A DNA stretch of 64,000 bases from an uncultured Chitinophaga sp. (GCA_964493695.1 CAZBPG010000005.1:20602-84601), one strand, 5' to 3'; counted from the first letter of the stretch, positions 1-10,367 are shown. The notes: generated by a model not told the origin, from the letters alone. Made by a program: numbers and translations.

Positions 1-374
1 TGCATGGCAATTTTCTCCATCTCCTCTTTCTCTAATTTCAGCTTAGGGCGGCTGAAATCAATATCGCTTACCGAGTGAATGGGAATTAAGTGGATGTGTG
101 CATGAGGGACTTCCAGACCAACCACCGCAACTCCCACGCGCTTACAATTAATGGCAGCATCAATGGCTTTGGCAATTTTCTTTGCAAATACCATCATGCC
201 ACTGATGGTGTTATCATCCAAATCGAAAATGTAGTCGGTTTCAATTTTTGGTATCACCAGTGTATGACCCTTTTCCAAAGGCGAAATATCTAAAAACGCA
301 AAATAGTTTTCGTCCTCTGCAATCTTGTAGCAGGGAATTTCTCCGTTAACAATTCTGGTAAAAATGGTAGGCAT
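1..374 (-). CDS. HIT (histidine triad) family protein, C-terminally truncated by the window edge
   Basis: Absent from the ORF track because it runs off the window. My reverse-complement translation from the ATG (complement of 372-374) reads MPTIFTRIVNGEIPCYKIAEDENYFAFLDISPLEKGHTLVIPK...VGLEVPHAHIHLIP, which contains the HxHxHxx histidine triad. There is no stop before position 1. Confidence 0.85.
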   Translation of the reverse strand, partial: MPTIFTRIVNGEIPCYKIAEDENYFAFLDISPLEKGHTLVIPKIETDYIFDLDDNTISGMMVFAKKIAKAIDAAINCKRVGVAVVGLEVPHAHIHLIPIHSVSDIDFSRPKLKLEKEEMEKIAM

Positions 375-375
375 G

Positions 376-852
376 CTACTCCATTGTAATCTTCAAAATT
401 TCGAACTCAATAACACCTGCCGGTGTTTGCGCCTTGGTAACATCACCAATAGCTTTACCCAGCAATGCTTTCCCGATAGGTGAGGTAACCGACAGCTTGC
501 CTTCTTTCAGGTTTGCTTCAGCTTCGCTTACCAAAGTGAACTTCATTTTTTTGTTCGCCTTTTTATTCAGCACTTCCACCGTTGAAAGAATATTGGCATG
601 CGATAAATCCACATCGCTTCCATCCATTACCCGTGCATTCGCCAATTTGGTTTCCATTTCAGCCAGCTTAGCTTCCAAATGTCCTTGCTCCTCTTTGGCG
701 GCATGATATTCCGCATTTTCCGAAAGGTCGCCCTTCTCACGCGCTTCTGCAATTGCCTTTGCAATTTCAGGGCGCTTAACGGTGCGCAGGTATTTAACCT
801 CCTCTTGTAATTTTTCCAAACCTTCTTTGGTCATGTAAAATATGTCTGACAT
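376..852 (-). CDS. greA: transcription elongation factor GreA
   Basis: 158 aa. It has an N-terminal coiled coil (MTKEGLEKLQEEVKYL...GDLSENAEYHAAKEEQ) and a C-terminal domain of typical GreA length and pattern. Confidence 0.95.
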   Translation of the reverse strand: MSDIFYMTKEGLEKLQEEVKYLRTVKRPEIAKAIAEAREKGDLSENAEYHAAKEEQGHLEAKLAEMETKLANARVMDGSDVDLSHANILSTVEVLNKKANKKMKFTLVSEAEANLKEGKLSVTSPIGKALLGKAIGDVTKAQTPAGVIEFEILKITME

Positions 853-941
853 GTTCGTGATTTTAGATTTCGGATTTTAGATTTTAGATTGAATACGAAA
901 GTGTCTCCAATCTTTCCATCATGTAATCATTCCATCATAGT

Positions 942-977
942 AAAAAAAGGAAAGACGCCCCTAAAGAGACGTCTCTG
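942..977 (-). terminator. possible intrinsic terminator downstream of the PorV/PorQ-like gene
   Basis: On the minus strand AGACG(953-957)/CGTCT(970-974) form a short stem, followed by CCTTTTTTT. The stem is only about 5 bp. Confidence 0.35.
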
Positions 978-1000
978 TTGTTTCAAAGCGAAATTAGAAA

Positions 1001-2083
1001 TTACAAATTAAAGTGCAAACCAATGCTGTGCGTGCCCGCATACGGTTGTGTCATACGGAATGAATAGTCAATTCCCAAGCGCGGTCCGGCACTATCGCCT
1101 TTCTTCAACGGTGCATCGAAAGTTAACCCTGCCGACAAACCGGTGTAAACATTCAGGCGTGAATCTTTTTTAAACTGTCCGCTTTCGAAACGGTAAGCTG
1201 CGCGCAGCATAAGTATTTCTTTCCAGCCAAACTCAAGGCCCACACCATAGTGGTCATAACCAAAGGCATTCGAAGTAAAGTTTGCCAGCACAGTCAAACG
1301 GTAATTCTGTTTAAAAACCTTAGGCTCTACTTCCTTTTTCTTTCCCATCCAAATGTCGTAAGCTGCACCAATGTTCAGTTGGGTAGGTAACTCGAATTTA
1401 TTAGGCTTGTTATCTACAGTCAACTGGTAAGTGGTAGAAGAAATTATCTGCTGAGAAGTTCCCAAGGCATCTCCCCTGAACTTCATAGGTGTGCCTACAT
1501 TGCGTAGAGAAACTCCAAAGTGAATATTGTCTTTAGGTCCTGTTACGTATTGCAATCCCGCATCAATGGCAAGCCCAAAAGCATTTAAGTTTCCCAAACC
1601 TTCGTTCACCATTCTAACTGTAATACCCCCCGAAATACTGTTCGAAAACATTTTGGCATAAGTAAGGCCGATGTTTATAAAAGTAGGCCGGTATGTTCCA
1701 AGTCCGCCTTCCGGATTTTGGGTAGTAGTTCTTTCAATAGTTCCCAGATTCAATGCCTGAATGCTTAAAGCAACCACATTTGTTTCCTTAAACTGTTGAG
1801 CAACTCCCACATGGGCAACTCCAACACCCGAACCCTGTAACCAAAGCGTATAAGCCAAAGCAATCTCTGTCTTCTTGGTAAAGGCAATTCCCGCAGGGTT
1901 TATTCTTTCAGATTCGATTCCTTTGATGCCGGCAGTATTCATGCTCCAGAAACCGGATGAACGCGCCCATCCGTTCATCACCAGTTCATACGCACCCGCT
2001 TCACCTCTCCGGTCAGGGTTTCCTGCAAAAACGTTGCTGCCCAGCAGAACAGTAATCATCAGTATGGTTAAAATTTTCTTCAT
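1001..2083 (-). CDS. PorV/PorQ-family outer-membrane beta-barrel protein
   Basis: 360 aa with a signal peptide (MKKILTILMITVLLGSNVFA). The N-terminal ...GAYELVMNGWARSSGFWSMNTAGIKGIESERINPAGIAF resembles the ARxxGMGGA...NPAG motif of PorV/PorQ/FadL-like barrels. Strands alternate and the C-terminus is aromatic-rich (GLHFNL). Confidence 0.6.
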   Translation of the reverse strand: MKKILTILMITVLLGSNVFAGNPDRRGEAGAYELVMNGWARSSGFWSMNTAGIKGIESERINPAGIAFTKKTEIALAYTLWLQGSGVGVAHVGVAQQFKETNVVALSIQALNLGTIERTTTQNPEGGLGTYRPTFINIGLTYAKMFSNSISGGITVRMVNEGLGNLNAFGLAIDAGLQYVTGPKDNIHFGVSLRNVGTPMKFRGDALGTSQQIISSTTYQLTVDNKPNKFELPTQLNIGAAYDIWMGKKKEVEPKVFKQNYRLTVLANFTSNAFGYDHYGVGLEFGWKEILMLRAAYRFESGQFKKDSRLNVYTGLSAGLTFDAPLKKGDSAGPRLGIDYSFRMTQPYAGTHSIGLHFNL

Positions 2084-2120
2084 AATCCTATGCTTTAATG
2101 GTTATCGCTTTTTTTTAAAT

Positions 2121-2143
2121 CCGTCCCGGCTAAGCCGGGACGG
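2121..2143. terminator. GC-rich hairpin between two minus-strand genes (putative terminator/attenuator)
   Basis: CCGTCCCGGC-TAA-GCCGGGACGG is a perfect 10-bp stem flanked by T8 on one side and T6 on the other. The U-tract for the minus-strand transcript is weak. Confidence 0.45.
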
Positions 2144-2153
2144 GTATAATTTT

Positions 2154-5100
2154 TTAGAAGTTTGAAGTATCTGCCGGCCTTACTGCTCCGAACCATTTCA
2201 GGGTCCGCTGCCCTATACCCGGTGCATCTACCTGGAACAAATAAATACCGCTCGATATGGCAATGCCTTTATCGTTTTTCAAATCCCAATCCATGGTATT
2301 ATCAAGGTTCACGTCCGATACCGGATTACCGTCACTAATATCAATTCTCTTATTCGTAGACGGGTCCACATCAATCGCACGGCTCAACCTGCGGATGAGT
2401 GTTCCGTCTAATGAGTAAATAGTGATAGTGCACTTGTTCGGCAGGTTAGTGATTTTTACCTTGTTGGTGTTTTGGTCTGTTTCGTAAGCCGAGTAGGCCA
2501 AATAAGGATTAGGAACTACGCGAATAATATCCAAAGCGCTCTTCGCTACTTCTTCATTCTTTTCTGTGGCACCCATACCCTTTGTGCTGAAGTGATAACG
2601 CGGCATTGAGTCGCCCGAAGCATTTGTAGCAAAAATATTGAACGGCTTTTCTACCCGCAATTTCACTTTAATTTCTGCCGGAGGAACAATTTTACTTCCA
2701 TGTCCGTCATCGGCAAAACTGTAGCCTGGTGTCAGGTAAGGCATAGAAGCCCACATTATATCCTGATACACCGGACGCACCGCTGCCGGAATATTAAACA
2801 ACGGAGTGCCTCCTATACCTGCATAGTTAGCTAACAACAATTGCTGCGTTGCCGAACCTTCATCGTATTTTGAACTCATTACATAAATAAAGTGCTTGCC
2901 ACCGAAGTACGGTATCTTATCAATAATCTGGTTAGGGAAGGTAACCGGACTGTAAACCTCTGTTGTCGGATTCCAAAGCATATCCTGTCCGTTCTGGTCG
3001 CTCAGGTCAGAGCTTTCTCCGAAGGCAATATTCAAACGCTCACCGGTTTCAATATTTACCGCATATCCCGGAAACCATGAACGGCCAATATCTGTTTGGT
3101 CTTCCACTAAAAAGTCACGTGTATTCGGGTCATTCCAGTGTCTCGAAAAGTGCATTCTTATCTGTCCTTTGCGTGCCGGTTTGGCATTTGTTGCAATATC
3201 AGCACCCTGGTTCAGCAACTCGTCTTCACCGGTTTCAAATACCACACATCTGCTCCATTTAGCCGGATCCGGTGTAATGACAATATCAACACTCGCCAGT
3301 TTGTCTAAGGTATTTTGTGGTGGGTTTTGCTGAGCATAGTTTCTCCATTTAAAGCCCGGCTGATGTATAAAAGGCGGCTTACCTACTCCTTTTTCGTCTA
3401 CCGTAAGATTCTTTTTAGAATAATTAGAAGTAAGACAATAAGGCGCCCAAGTTCCATTGGCAATATTTTCAAACACTTCCAATGAGTCCATCATCTTTGT
3501 ATCAGTATTCTGAAAAGCAGGCGAAGGTGGATTTAGTGTAGTGTAGTAGTAGTTATCGTCAAATGATTCTGACCCGGCTCTTCCTGGACCTCCACTCGAT
3601 GCGCCATTATTTAAAACAGTACCTGAACGAATCCAGTTGGTGACTGCGTTCACTCCTTCGTCTTGCACGAAACTAAGCCACTTTTCCACCGGATTTTCAT
3701 ACTCGATAACAGAAGGCAAATCGCCATACACATAACGGTTAGGCATACCTGAAGTAGACAAATAGCTGCCAAGCAGGGTATAAACATGTTCCGGTGTTCC
3801 GAGTTTAAGCGAAAAGCCATAATTGATTTTTTCACCACTCTTGTTCAGGAAAATTTGCTGCTCGTAAGAACGATCAATTGTTCTGTCGCTGTTGATAGTT
3901 TCCTGATTGGTTAAATCGCGCAATATCCATGTTGTGTTTTTGTTTACTCCGTTTCCGATGTTCGCACCGGTATCTACAAACTGCAATTCAAAATCTGCTT
4001 CTTTTAAACTAACCGGGTCAGTTACTTTAAAGCCAATAGGGTCACTTCCCTTAATATAGGTTAGTGTGTCGCCAAAGGCATACGAACCGGATCTTACAAT
4101 CTGTTCAATAACCTCTGTAGTTAAATTAATAAGGTTACCTCCGTTACCGCTTCCTTCAATACGTTTTACTTCTACTCCTTCGCCCCAAACAGCATTCAGT
4201 ATTGTTCCTTCATTGCGCGGATCCGGTATGTGCGGAATGGCGGAGTAGATTTTAAAATTTCCCCGTCCCTGTAAGTATGGAGAAATCTGTGTATTAGGCT
4301 GCGGGTTAGCCTGGTCATAAGGCAGGTAATTATTATAAGCATAAGCCACTGCCGTATAGTAATATGTTTTATGGTTTACCAAAGCATTGCTCGCACCGGT
4401 GGCAAACAAATCCTGAGTGATGTTAAACGAATTGGTGATACCTGCATCGCCTCCATCTACTTTCATTACCGGTACAATTAGGCCCAGTACCGCATCTTTT
4501 TCATAGTTTATTATTCGCGAAACTCCGTTCTTTACATCTACCTGTGCATACAAAAGTGCTTTTGTCGGATCCTCTAAATCGGTAGCTGACACTTTTGGAT
4601 TCGCTACCTGGTACAATTTGTATCCTTCAAAAGTGTAGGTAGTATCCACTCCGCCTCCAATCTGGTTGAAGTATTGCAGGGCTGCTGCGTACATATCGTT
4701 ATACTTCTCGCCAATGTTATTACCGGTTTGATTCTGGAAATTAACAATCAACTGCTTGTCCATTTCGCGAATTGCCAAAGTAGGGGCATCAGGACCATCC
4801 AACAATTTAAAGCAAGAGTTAAAGAGCAACTGGGCTTTATCATCAGCCGGACCGATAGTAGTGGCAAAACAAGGCGGTGAACCAACGCCCCCGGGAGGAC
4901 GAACAAACACGCAACCGATAGTTACATATTGAGGGTCACCGGTGTTCAAAGTAAACGGACCTGATGTCTGTACAAATCTTCTGTCACCGGACGGTTGCCC
5001 GCTGGTATAATCGCTCCATCCAACCGGATTACATGGCTCACCTGAAAAAATATAATTGGTTGGGTTTCCGGGACCATAGCCGTCAGGCGCATCGGTAAAT

Positions 5101-6311
5101 GGAGTACCGTCTGCCCAAAAGCCGGTCATGTAGTTACGGTACTGCGCAGCAGAACCTGGATCTGCCTTCGGAGTTATCGCCCCATTAGTAAAGTAAACAA
5201 AGGAAGTAAGACCCAATTGTGTGCGCGGAGAATCATCACCCAATGGTCCTTCAAAAAAGTCAATACCAATCAAAGGCAGTTGGCTTCCGTAGCCGCCTAC
5301 TCCGTTACAATCAGGGTCGTTTCCGTCATTGTAAACAATACCAAGGTCTCTGGAAGTATCGCAACCCACCCGGTCATTTGAGTAACATCCTAAATCAGGG
5401 TCAGCCCATTGCGAAATGTAAGTTTGATACAAAGGATTAGCCGATTTGTTGATGATTTCATATTTATAGAAAGTCATGTTGTTAATCTCATCGGTAGTCT
5501 GGAAAGCAAATGCCAAAGCATTTACCTGTATACCAATTGCCTGACCGCTTGATTCGGTATGCTGGTTGCCCATGTCGTTAATCACCCAAAACACCATCTG
5601 GTCGGCATAAGCTTCTGAAATTTTACCACGGCAGGGGATTACCGGATAATCGCCTTTCACCGGGTCGTAAACACCGTCATCATCGGCATCATTAAACGGT
5701 GCAAGATTATCCACCACATCAAAAGTTTCTCCAATTAAAGTAGGGTCGGTTTGCAGGTAAGGATTTCCTTTACCGGGCCAGGCCAATACAGCCTTAGGAA
5801 TATCGGCTACAGTGGTAGCTGTTCCTTTTTGCAAATATGCTTCCTGAGCAAGGGCAATATCTGAACCATAAACATTAAAGAAACGGTCGTATTTATTACA
5901 GGTTGCTTTGTCAATTACTCCATTAGTAAGTGGACCCGGCCAAAAATCATCACCACTTGCGCGATAGCGTTGAGCAGCGCATTTTAGATTACCCCCAATA
6001 TCTAATCCGGTAATCCAGATAGACCCCGCAAAAATGGCATTAAGTGAAGTTCCGCTTCCGTCACCTTTTGGCACTTCATAGCGGGCTTCGCTCAAATTCC
6101 ACCACATATCACCACCGGTAAGCAGGCGGGCACGCACGTTATTAATATCCAGATCGAATTGTGCCGATGGGGTGACACAATCTCCTGCTTCGGTTTTGAA
6201 AGATGCCTTGCCGTTTTTATGCGGCTTGTTCATTTCTTCTCTCGCGTTAGCCCATACCCCTGAAAGCAGCAGTGCTGCACAGAGCGTGTGGTTCAAAAGG
6301 TTCTTTTTCAT
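2154..6311 (-). CDS. large secreted protein of unknown function with a T9SS type-A C-terminal sorting domain
   Basis: 1385 aa with a signal peptide. The last ~90 aa (VVPNPYLAYS...ITIYSLDGTLIRRL...SGIYLFQVDAPG...) fit the Por secretion tail pattern. I recognise no catalytic motif. Confidence 0.8.
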   Translation of the reverse strand: MKKNLLNHTLCAALLLSGVWANAREEMNKPHKNGKASFKTEAGDCVTPSAQFDLDINNVRARLLTGGDMWWNLSEARYEVPKGDGSGTSLNAIFAGSIWITGLDIGGNLKCAAQRYRASGDDFWPGPLTNGVIDKATCNKYDRFFNVYGSDIALAQEAYLQKGTATTVADIPKAVLAWPGKGNPYLQTDPTLIGETFDVVDNLAPFNDADDDGVYDPVKGDYPVIPCRGKISEAYADQMVFWVINDMGNQHTESSGQAIGIQVNALAFAFQTTDEINNMTFYKYEIINKSANPLYQTYISQWADPDLGCYSNDRVGCDTSRDLGIVYNDGNDPDCNGVGGYGSQLPLIGIDFFEGPLGDDSPRTQLGLTSFVYFTNGAITPKADPGSAAQYRNYMTGFWADGTPFTDAPDGYGPGNPTNYIFSGEPCNPVGWSDYTSGQPSGDRRFVQTSGPFTLNTGDPQYVTIGCVFVRPPGGVGSPPCFATTIGPADDKAQLLFNSCFKLLDGPDAPTLAIREMDKQLIVNFQNQTGNNIGEKYNDMYAAALQYFNQIGGGVDTTYTFEGYKLYQVANPKVSATDLEDPTKALLYAQVDVKNGVSRIINYEKDAVLGLIVPVMKVDGGDAGITNSFNITQDLFATGASNALVNHKTYYYTAVAYAYNNYLPYDQANPQPNTQISPYLQGRGNFKIYSAIPHIPDPRNEGTILNAVWGEGVEVKRIEGSGNGGNLINLTTEVIEQIVRSGSYAFGDTLTYIKGSDPIGFKVTDPVSLKEADFELQFVDTGANIGNGVNKNTTWILRDLTNQETINSDRTIDRSYEQQIFLNKSGEKINYGFSLKLGTPEHVYTLLGSYLSTSGMPNRYVYGDLPSVIEYENPVEKWLSFVQDEGVNAVTNWIRSGTVLNNGASSGGPGRAGSESFDDNYYYTTLNPPSPAFQNTDTKMMDSLEVFENIANGTWAPYCLTSNYSKKNLTVDEKGVGKPPFIHQPGFKWRNYAQQNPPQNTLDKLASVDIVITPDPAKWSRCVVFETGEDELLNQGADIATNAKPARKGQIRMHFSRHWNDPNTRDFLVEDQTDIGRSWFPGYAVNIETGERLNIAFGESSDLSDQNGQDMLWNPTTEVYSPVTFPNQIIDKIPYFGGKHFIYVMSSKYDEGSATQQLLLANYAGIGGTPLFNIPAAVRPVYQDIMWASMPYLTPGYSFADDGHGSKIVPPAEIKVKLRVEKPFNIFATNASGDSMPRYHFSTKGMGATEKNEEVAKSALDIIRVVPNPYLAYSAYETDQNTNKVKITNLPNKCTITIYSLDGTLIRRLSRAIDVDPSTNKRIDISDGNPVSDVNLDNTMDWDLKNDKGIAISSGIYLFQVDAPGIGQRTLKWFGAVRPADTSNF

Positions 6312-6366
6312 ACTCTACAATTTTGGTTTTTAGTGTTTTCCAGGTTTAGGTTTTTATAGTGTTTTT

Positions 6367-9300
6367 CTAGAAACTAAATACAGCTCCGAGGTATATTCTT
6401 CTAGGTAAAGAATAGTTATCGGGACGGTTGATATAAGCAGCATATTGATCCTTATATGCCTGCGGATTTAAAGCTGATTGAATGGCCGATGAACTGGCAG
6501 GGTCGCTCAGATAACCATCATCGCTTGGGGTTCCGGTAAAGCGGTAAACAGATACCGCGTTTTTAGAGCCAATGAGGTTTTGAACCTGCAAGTATATCTG
6601 CAGCGAAATCTCGCGTTTGTCGTCTTTCTTTGCATCCTTTTTGCCAACTACAAAAGTAAAGTCTTTCCATATACGGGCATTCAAACGGAAATACCAGGGA
6701 ATGCGCGAACCGTTGATGGAACCTTGTGTAATCGGGCGGCCGGGCTGACCTTCCAAGCCTTCGGGGGTAGCATTTACCTGAGCGGTGTAAGGTGTTCCGG
6801 AACGTGCTGCCAATTGCAGGTTGATACCGAAGTTGGAAAGAATCTGCTTGTTCTTAACCGTTGGGCCGTTGTAATCTTTGCCTTCACCAAAACTATAACT
6901 TGCATTCAGATTGATAGTATGGCGGGCATCGTAATTTAAGGAATTAATGCTGCGGAAGTTCGGCTGGTTAGAGTTTACCAGATTTGCCTGCGAACGGTCG
7001 TCTGAACCTGTACCTTCGGCAAATGACATGGTGTAGTTTGCTTTTAAAGTAACGTTACCGGTCCTGCGTAAGTCAAAGTCGAGTGTAAAACCTTTGGTGG
7101 TTCCGAAGTCAATGTTTCCGTAAGTGATATAATCTTTAGGATAAGCATTGATAATTTTACGAACCTGCACCTGATCGCGGAACTCGCGGTAGAAAGCCGA
7201 AATAGTAACAGCGGATGTATTGCTAACTTTCTGTTTGAAACCTAACTCAAAATCAATGGTTCTTTCCGGTTTAAGGTTCGGGTTGTTCAGAGTTCCACCA
7301 ATGTTATCGCTGAAGTACAGATAATCGGTCGGGTCCATAATCACACGGTTAGAAGGACGCTGCGAAAGAATATCGTAGTGGGCGAAGAACAACGCCTTAT
7401 CGGTTAAGTTAAACGAGAACTGTAAACGGGGCATTACAATAACCTTTGGTTTGTAATCTTCAAAGGTTCCGTTCGGGTCAAACTTATCCGGGTCTTTGAT
7501 ATCCGAATTCGGGTCTTTTAAGTATGGCTGAATAGTTCCTGTGCTGGATGCAGAAGCTACGGCTTTACCGCTGGTTAACTCATTACCAAAACGGTCGTAC
7601 CAAATATTTCCGTTACGGTAACCTGCAATGGCTGTAGGTGCTTTTGAATTATCTACATATACGTAGTAGTCATCGCCAATATTGGATGGGTGAGTTACCG
7701 GACCACTACCAAGAGTGGTAGCTTCTGATTTAGTATTGATTGGGTAAATCGAGTATTCATCTTTCAACACTTTTTGATTTGCATCAAAACGGTCAATACG
7801 AACACCTACGTTAAATGTGAGGTCCTTAAAGTAGAAACGGTCAGAGATATAAGCCGCTGTATATATAGGACGGAACGCAGGAATTGCTCTTTCCAATTCT
7901 CCGTCTGCTCTTCTCTTGGTAAAGAAATCGTTGAAAGAAGGCTGTTTGGTTAATCTGTTTCCATACGGGTCGTACCCGCGGTAAGTAACCAAGAATGTAC
8001 CATCACCCAACAGGTTTTCCGGTGAGAACATATTCAAGTTCAACTGGTCGGGAGAAAGGGCATCTATATCTATAAAGTCGGTATTGGTTTCTGAAAGACC
8101 CAATGATTTGCGCAACTCCTTATCAAAGAATGTCTGCTTGTCAGCATTATAATAACGATTGAATAAAATAGTATCGGTTAAATTGAATGCCGGACGGTTT
8201 GGGTCATTATACGCATAGTCCTGTCCGTTGATGTGGAATATCGGGTTACTTCTGTCTAACTCGTCAAGATGAACGTTGGCAAGTGAACGGGCGCGCTGCC
8301 ACAAACCGAGTGGCGATACTGTATATGCACGTTGAATTCTCTGTTCAAATTCAACTCCAAATTCAAACGAGTGCTTGTTGCGGCTTGGTGCACCGGGCTT
8401 CAAAATATCAAATGCTCCTTCTAAACGAACGCGGTATTGATCGTTGTCATTACCCTTTCCATAACCGTTATACTGGCGACCTGTATTATACCAAATATTA
8501 TAGTTGAGGTTTGAGCGCTGTCCGTTAATCAAGGCCTGATTACTCTGAATCTGGTTTAGATTAGAGGTAAACTCAGCATTGTTATCACCAAAGGCTTCAT
8601 ATCTTCCGTTGCCATCGCGGGTAGCGTCCAGCAACTCGTAATATTGTTCTGTAAATCTGGTTCCGTAAGGGTTCACGTCTCCCGGTGTAAAGAGAACAGT
8701 AGTATCTGAATAGCCCAGTTGTTTCCAACCAGTATAAATGAGGTTACCTACACCAAAGGTGTCATAACCGAACACCGGTGATTTCATGGTTTCAAACTTA
8801 CCTATGTAACCATAATTGAAATAGTTAGCCCCGTGCGATTCATCTTCGTACTGGGTCTGATACTTCTCGTAGTCAACCTGCAAAGAGTAAAACGCATTTT
8901 GGAAAGCAGAAGATTTTTTCTTCTTGCCACCTTCTTCATCATCCTGCTGCTTTGCCGAGAAGTTGTGTGTAAAGCGACCGAATACACGCCAGTTCAGGGT
9001 GGTGTTAAGCGGATTATTCTCTGAATTAAACAAGGTGTATTTCTCTATCCAGTCGTGGTACTTTCTGTAAGTTGCTGAACCACCAAACGAAAGGGTAATG
9101 TTATCGGCCGGGCGGATATCAAAGCGTCCGGTACCGCGGAAGTTCTGGTCGCTTGTATTTGGCTTTACTTTCTGCTTAAACATATCTTTATAGGTAATGT
9201 TTTCAGCGGCCAGATTGAAACCCTTTGCCGATTCTTTCTCCAACAACGGATTTTGGCGTAAATTATCCAACACCTCCGGACGGATTTGCCATACACCAAT

Positions 9301-10161
9301 AGCGGAAGGGTTAGGGTCTTTCTGGCCTAAATATTCAAAAGCGGCAAAGAAACCCATGATGGCTTTGTTCGTTTTCTTTTGTTTCCAGATTGGGCCAGTG
9401 AGGTTTCCGTTTACGAGGTTAAACCCGTAAGCATCTAAGCCCTGAGTAGTCTGATATTCTATCCCTCCATTAAACTGAGATGAAGGTCCTTTAGAAGTGA
9501 TGTTTACGATACCTCCTGTTACGTCACCGTATTTTGCAGGGATACCACCAGTGATTACCTGCAGCTGTTCGATGGAAGAGGTAGGCATGGTAGGCACACC
9601 GGTTACTTTTACACCGTCTATATAATATTGAGTACCCGCATCGCGACCTCCCTTAACGTTAATACCCTTACCTTGGTCTGACTGGAAAGCACCTGCTGTG
9701 GTGGCTACTATATCCGTTACGTTTTTGGTGGGCATATTGGCAATTACATCTGCAGACACTACATTTTGTGAAGATGTGTTTCCAGGGTCAATCAAAGGAA
9801 CTTTATAAGAAATAATTTCAACCTCGGCTAACTCTTTGGATGATGGCTTCAGTTTAATGTCGATGAAGGTTGACTTATCGGCACTAACCACTACCCCCTG
9901 CTGCACCTGAGTGCCGTAACCGATATACGAAACCTGAAGGTTGTATTTGCCGGGATTAAGGGGTTTAATAGAATAGTTACCGTCAAAGTCAGTAGTAGTC
10001 CCTCTTCCGGTACTTGCTCCTTTATTATCTACCAACACCACATTGGCAACAGGAACGCCTTCGCCATTTTCATCAATCACCTTTCCGGAGATTTCACCGT
10101 TTTGTGCATAGGCTGCAAAAAATCCGGCAACCAAACTGAGGAGAGTAAAAAGTTTTTTCAT
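6367..10161 (-). CDS. TonB-dependent receptor-like outer-membrane protein with an N-terminal carboxypeptidase-regulatory-like domain
   Basis: 1264 aa with a signal peptide. GKVIDENGEGVPVANVVLVD...FDGNYSIKPLNPGKYNLQVSYIGY is a CarboxypepD_reg fold. A plug-like segment follows (INVKGGRDAGTQYYIDGVKV), then a long barrel ending in the terminal ...GAVFSF. Confidence 0.85.
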   Translation of the reverse strand: MKKLFTLLSLVAGFFAAYAQNGEISGKVIDENGEGVPVANVVLVDNKGASTGRGTTTDFDGNYSIKPLNPGKYNLQVSYIGYGTQVQQGVVVSADKSTFIDIKLKPSSKELAEVEIISYKVPLIDPGNTSSQNVVSADVIANMPTKNVTDIVATTAGAFQSDQGKGINVKGGRDAGTQYYIDGVKVTGVPTMPTSSIEQLQVITGGIPAKYGDVTGGIVNITSKGPSSQFNGGIEYQTTQGLDAYGFNLVNGNLTGPIWKQKKTNKAIMGFFAAFEYLGQKDPNPSAIGVWQIRPEVLDNLRQNPLLEKESAKGFNLAAENITYKDMFKQKVKPNTSDQNFRGTGRFDIRPADNITLSFGGSATYRKYHDWIEKYTLFNSENNPLNTTLNWRVFGRFTHNFSAKQQDDEEGGKKKKSSAFQNAFYSLQVDYEKYQTQYEDESHGANYFNYGYIGKFETMKSPVFGYDTFGVGNLIYTGWKQLGYSDTTVLFTPGDVNPYGTRFTEQYYELLDATRDGNGRYEAFGDNNAEFTSNLNQIQSNQALINGQRSNLNYNIWYNTGRQYNGYGKGNDNDQYRVRLEGAFDILKPGAPSRNKHSFEFGVEFEQRIQRAYTVSPLGLWQRARSLANVHLDELDRSNPIFHINGQDYAYNDPNRPAFNLTDTILFNRYYNADKQTFFDKELRKSLGLSETNTDFIDIDALSPDQLNLNMFSPENLLGDGTFLVTYRGYDPYGNRLTKQPSFNDFFTKRRADGELERAIPAFRPIYTAAYISDRFYFKDLTFNVGVRIDRFDANQKVLKDEYSIYPINTKSEATTLGSGPVTHPSNIGDDYYVYVDNSKAPTAIAGYRNGNIWYDRFGNELTSGKAVASASSTGTIQPYLKDPNSDIKDPDKFDPNGTFEDYKPKVIVMPRLQFSFNLTDKALFFAHYDILSQRPSNRVIMDPTDYLYFSDNIGGTLNNPNLKPERTIDFELGFKQKVSNTSAVTISAFYREFRDQVQVRKIINAYPKDYITYGNIDFGTTKGFTLDFDLRRTGNVTLKANYTMSFAEGTGSDDRSQANLVNSNQPNFRSINSLNYDARHTINLNASYSFGEGKDYNGPTVKNKQILSNFGINLQLAARSGTPYTAQVNATPEGLEGQPGRPITQGSINGSRIPWYFRLNARIWKDFTFVVGKKDAKKDDKREISLQIYLQVQNLIGSKNAVSVYRFTGTPSDDGYLSDPASSSAIQSALNPQAYKDQYAAYINRPDNYSLPRRIYLGAVFSF

Positions 10162-10339
10162 CGCAATTATTTTTCAGTGTGCGCTCTTTAAAAAGCGGTC
10201 AAATGTAATTTTTTTTGCAAAACAAAGTTAAGGCGGAGTTGAGGGTTTTAGTATGCTTTGAACGAAAAATGACAGAACTGTGACAATTCAAAAAAAACAA
10301 CCGATTTTACCAATGAAAAATGGAGTTGCGTTCAACAAA

Positions 10340-10367
10340 AAAACCATGAAAGTTTTGTCATGGTTTT
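10340..10367 (-). terminator. intrinsic terminator downstream of the esterase gene
   Basis: AAAACCATGA-N8-TCATGGTTTT is a 10-bp stem. T-runs follow on both strands (TTTTTGTTG on the minus strand). Confidence 0.65.

Noticed and set aside
90-293. 67-aa plus-strand ORF at the window start
   Set aside because: It lies entirely antisense to a clear HIT-family coding frame (HAHIHLIP motif) and has no recognisable features.
859-890. Short tandem repeat GATTTTAGATT (about three copies) just upstream of greA
   Set aside because: It is only ~30 bp of AT-rich leader, too short to call a functional repeat or regulatory element with any confidence.
2154-6311. Idea that the 1385-aa CTD protein next to a PorV-like gene is PorU (the T9SS sortase)
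   Set aside because: I cannot find a gingipain-like C25 His/Cys catalytic region. The neighbouring barrel also lacks the canonical PorV N-terminal signature. A dedicated cargo is more likely, but this needs an HMM check.
10200-10207. TACATTTG (minus strand) as a Bacteroidota -7 promoter box for the TonB-dependent receptor gene
   Set aside because: The -7 motif matches TAnnTTTG, but the nearest upstream TTTG boxes are only ~10 and ~15 nt away rather than ~20. It is therefore not reported as a feature.
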